Assembly (NCBI GenBank): GCA_965200315.1
Contig: OZ241362.1
Span: 96,001 to 160,000 of the forward strand
Source of the DNA: Candidatus Latescibacterota bacterium
GTDB lineage: Bacteria > Latescibacterota > UBA2968 > UBA8231
Direction: 5' to 3'
DNA: 64,000 nt
Below are positions 63,328-64,000 of this stretch, piece after piece; the first letter of the stretch is position 1; every line of letters begins with the position of its first letter. The notes under the pieces were generated by a model. The model saw only the letters and a program-made list of their open reading frames with translations. It was not told the origin of the DNA and made no database searches. A program made the position numbers and the translations under genes.

Positions 63328-64000
63328 ATGACAGAGGCAGATTCCAAAGACGAACTAACCCCGGCCGCAGACCCCGCTGAACAAGGCGAAAATTTTGCTC
63401 AGATGCTCGATGCTGAAGGAGCACCACCGGCGCCGACCACTAGTGAGGTCTCAGTCGGCGACGAGGTCAGCGGCGTGATCGTCAAAGTCGAGGATGAGAA
63501 CAGCTTTGTCGAGTACGGCAGTCGGGACGAGGCCATAATCCGCACCAGCGAGCTCAAAGGCCCCGATGGGGAGTTGCGCTACAAGGTCGGCGACCCGATT
63601 CGGGCCTTTGTCGTGGCTGCTGGGGACGAAGTCCTGCTCAGCCGCGGCTTGAGTCGCCAAGACGTCCAGGCCGACTTGCTCTACCAAGCATACAAGGCCG
63701 GGCTGCCCATCGAAGGCCGAGTTGACGCGGTCAACAAGGGGGGATTGGGCGTGACCATTGAGGGCGATGTGCGCGGTTTTTGCCCGATCTCACAGGTCGA
63801 TACCCAGTACGTGGAAAACGCCGAGGAGTACCGCGGCCGGACCTTGACCTTTAAAATTATCGAGTTCCGCCACCAAGGCCGCGTGATCGTCCTGTCGCGT
63901 CGGGCCTTACTCGAAGCCGAGCAGCACAAGGCCGCCGGCTTGGTGCGCAGCCAGCTAAAGAAGGATGCGCAACTGGCCGGCAAGGTAACGCGGCTGGAGT
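63328..64000 (+). CDS. rpsA: 30S ribosomal protein S1 or S1-domain paralog (runs off the window)
   Basis: AAGGAG RBS. Manual translation gives ENFAQML...VGDEVSGVIV...IEGRV..VNKGGL.V.I...RGFCPISQVD...LTFKIIE...IVLSRRALL. Confidence 0.8.
   Translation, partial: MTEADSKDELTPAADPAEQGENFAQMLDAEGAPPAPTTSEVSVGDEVSGVIVKVEDENSFVEYGSRDEAIIRTSELKGPDGELRYKVGDPIRAFVVAAGDEVLLSRGLSRQDVQADLLYQAYKAGLPIEGRVDAVNKGGLGVTIEGDVRGFCPISQVDTQYVENAEEYRGRTLTFKIIEFRHQGRVIVLSRRALLEAEQHKAAGLVRSQLKKDAQLAGKVTRLE

Overview
This is a GC-rich bacterial window. A secreted protein with a C-terminal 'QNYPNPFN' sorting domain suggests an FCB-group lineage (inference). The left 24 kb holds housekeeping and catabolic genes: hom-apgM-asd, two PhyH dioxygenases, two M20 hydrolases, two GH-like TIM-barrel proteins, transporters and several gene remnants. 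The centre (24.7-51.7 kb) is a type III-derived CRISPR-Cas locus. Its order is AAA-ATPase/PD-(D/E)XK, cas6, a truncated cas10 stub with HD changed to YD, a Csx1 (CARF-HEPN) fused to a second ring-nuclease-like CARF domain, a TPR-AEP-PriL-like CRISPR-associated primase-polymerase (CAPP), cas1, cas2, a motif-rich leader and an 18.6-kb array of roughly 250 repeats. No csm/cmr effector genes are present. The right side has a HAD hydrolase directly abutting the array, an SDR, an unusual stand-alone murG(+HEAT-like)-mraY pair, recG, a class V aminotransferase, lysC, qor and the start of an S1-domain ribosomal protein gene. All calls come from motif reading by eye, and repeat counts are estimates.
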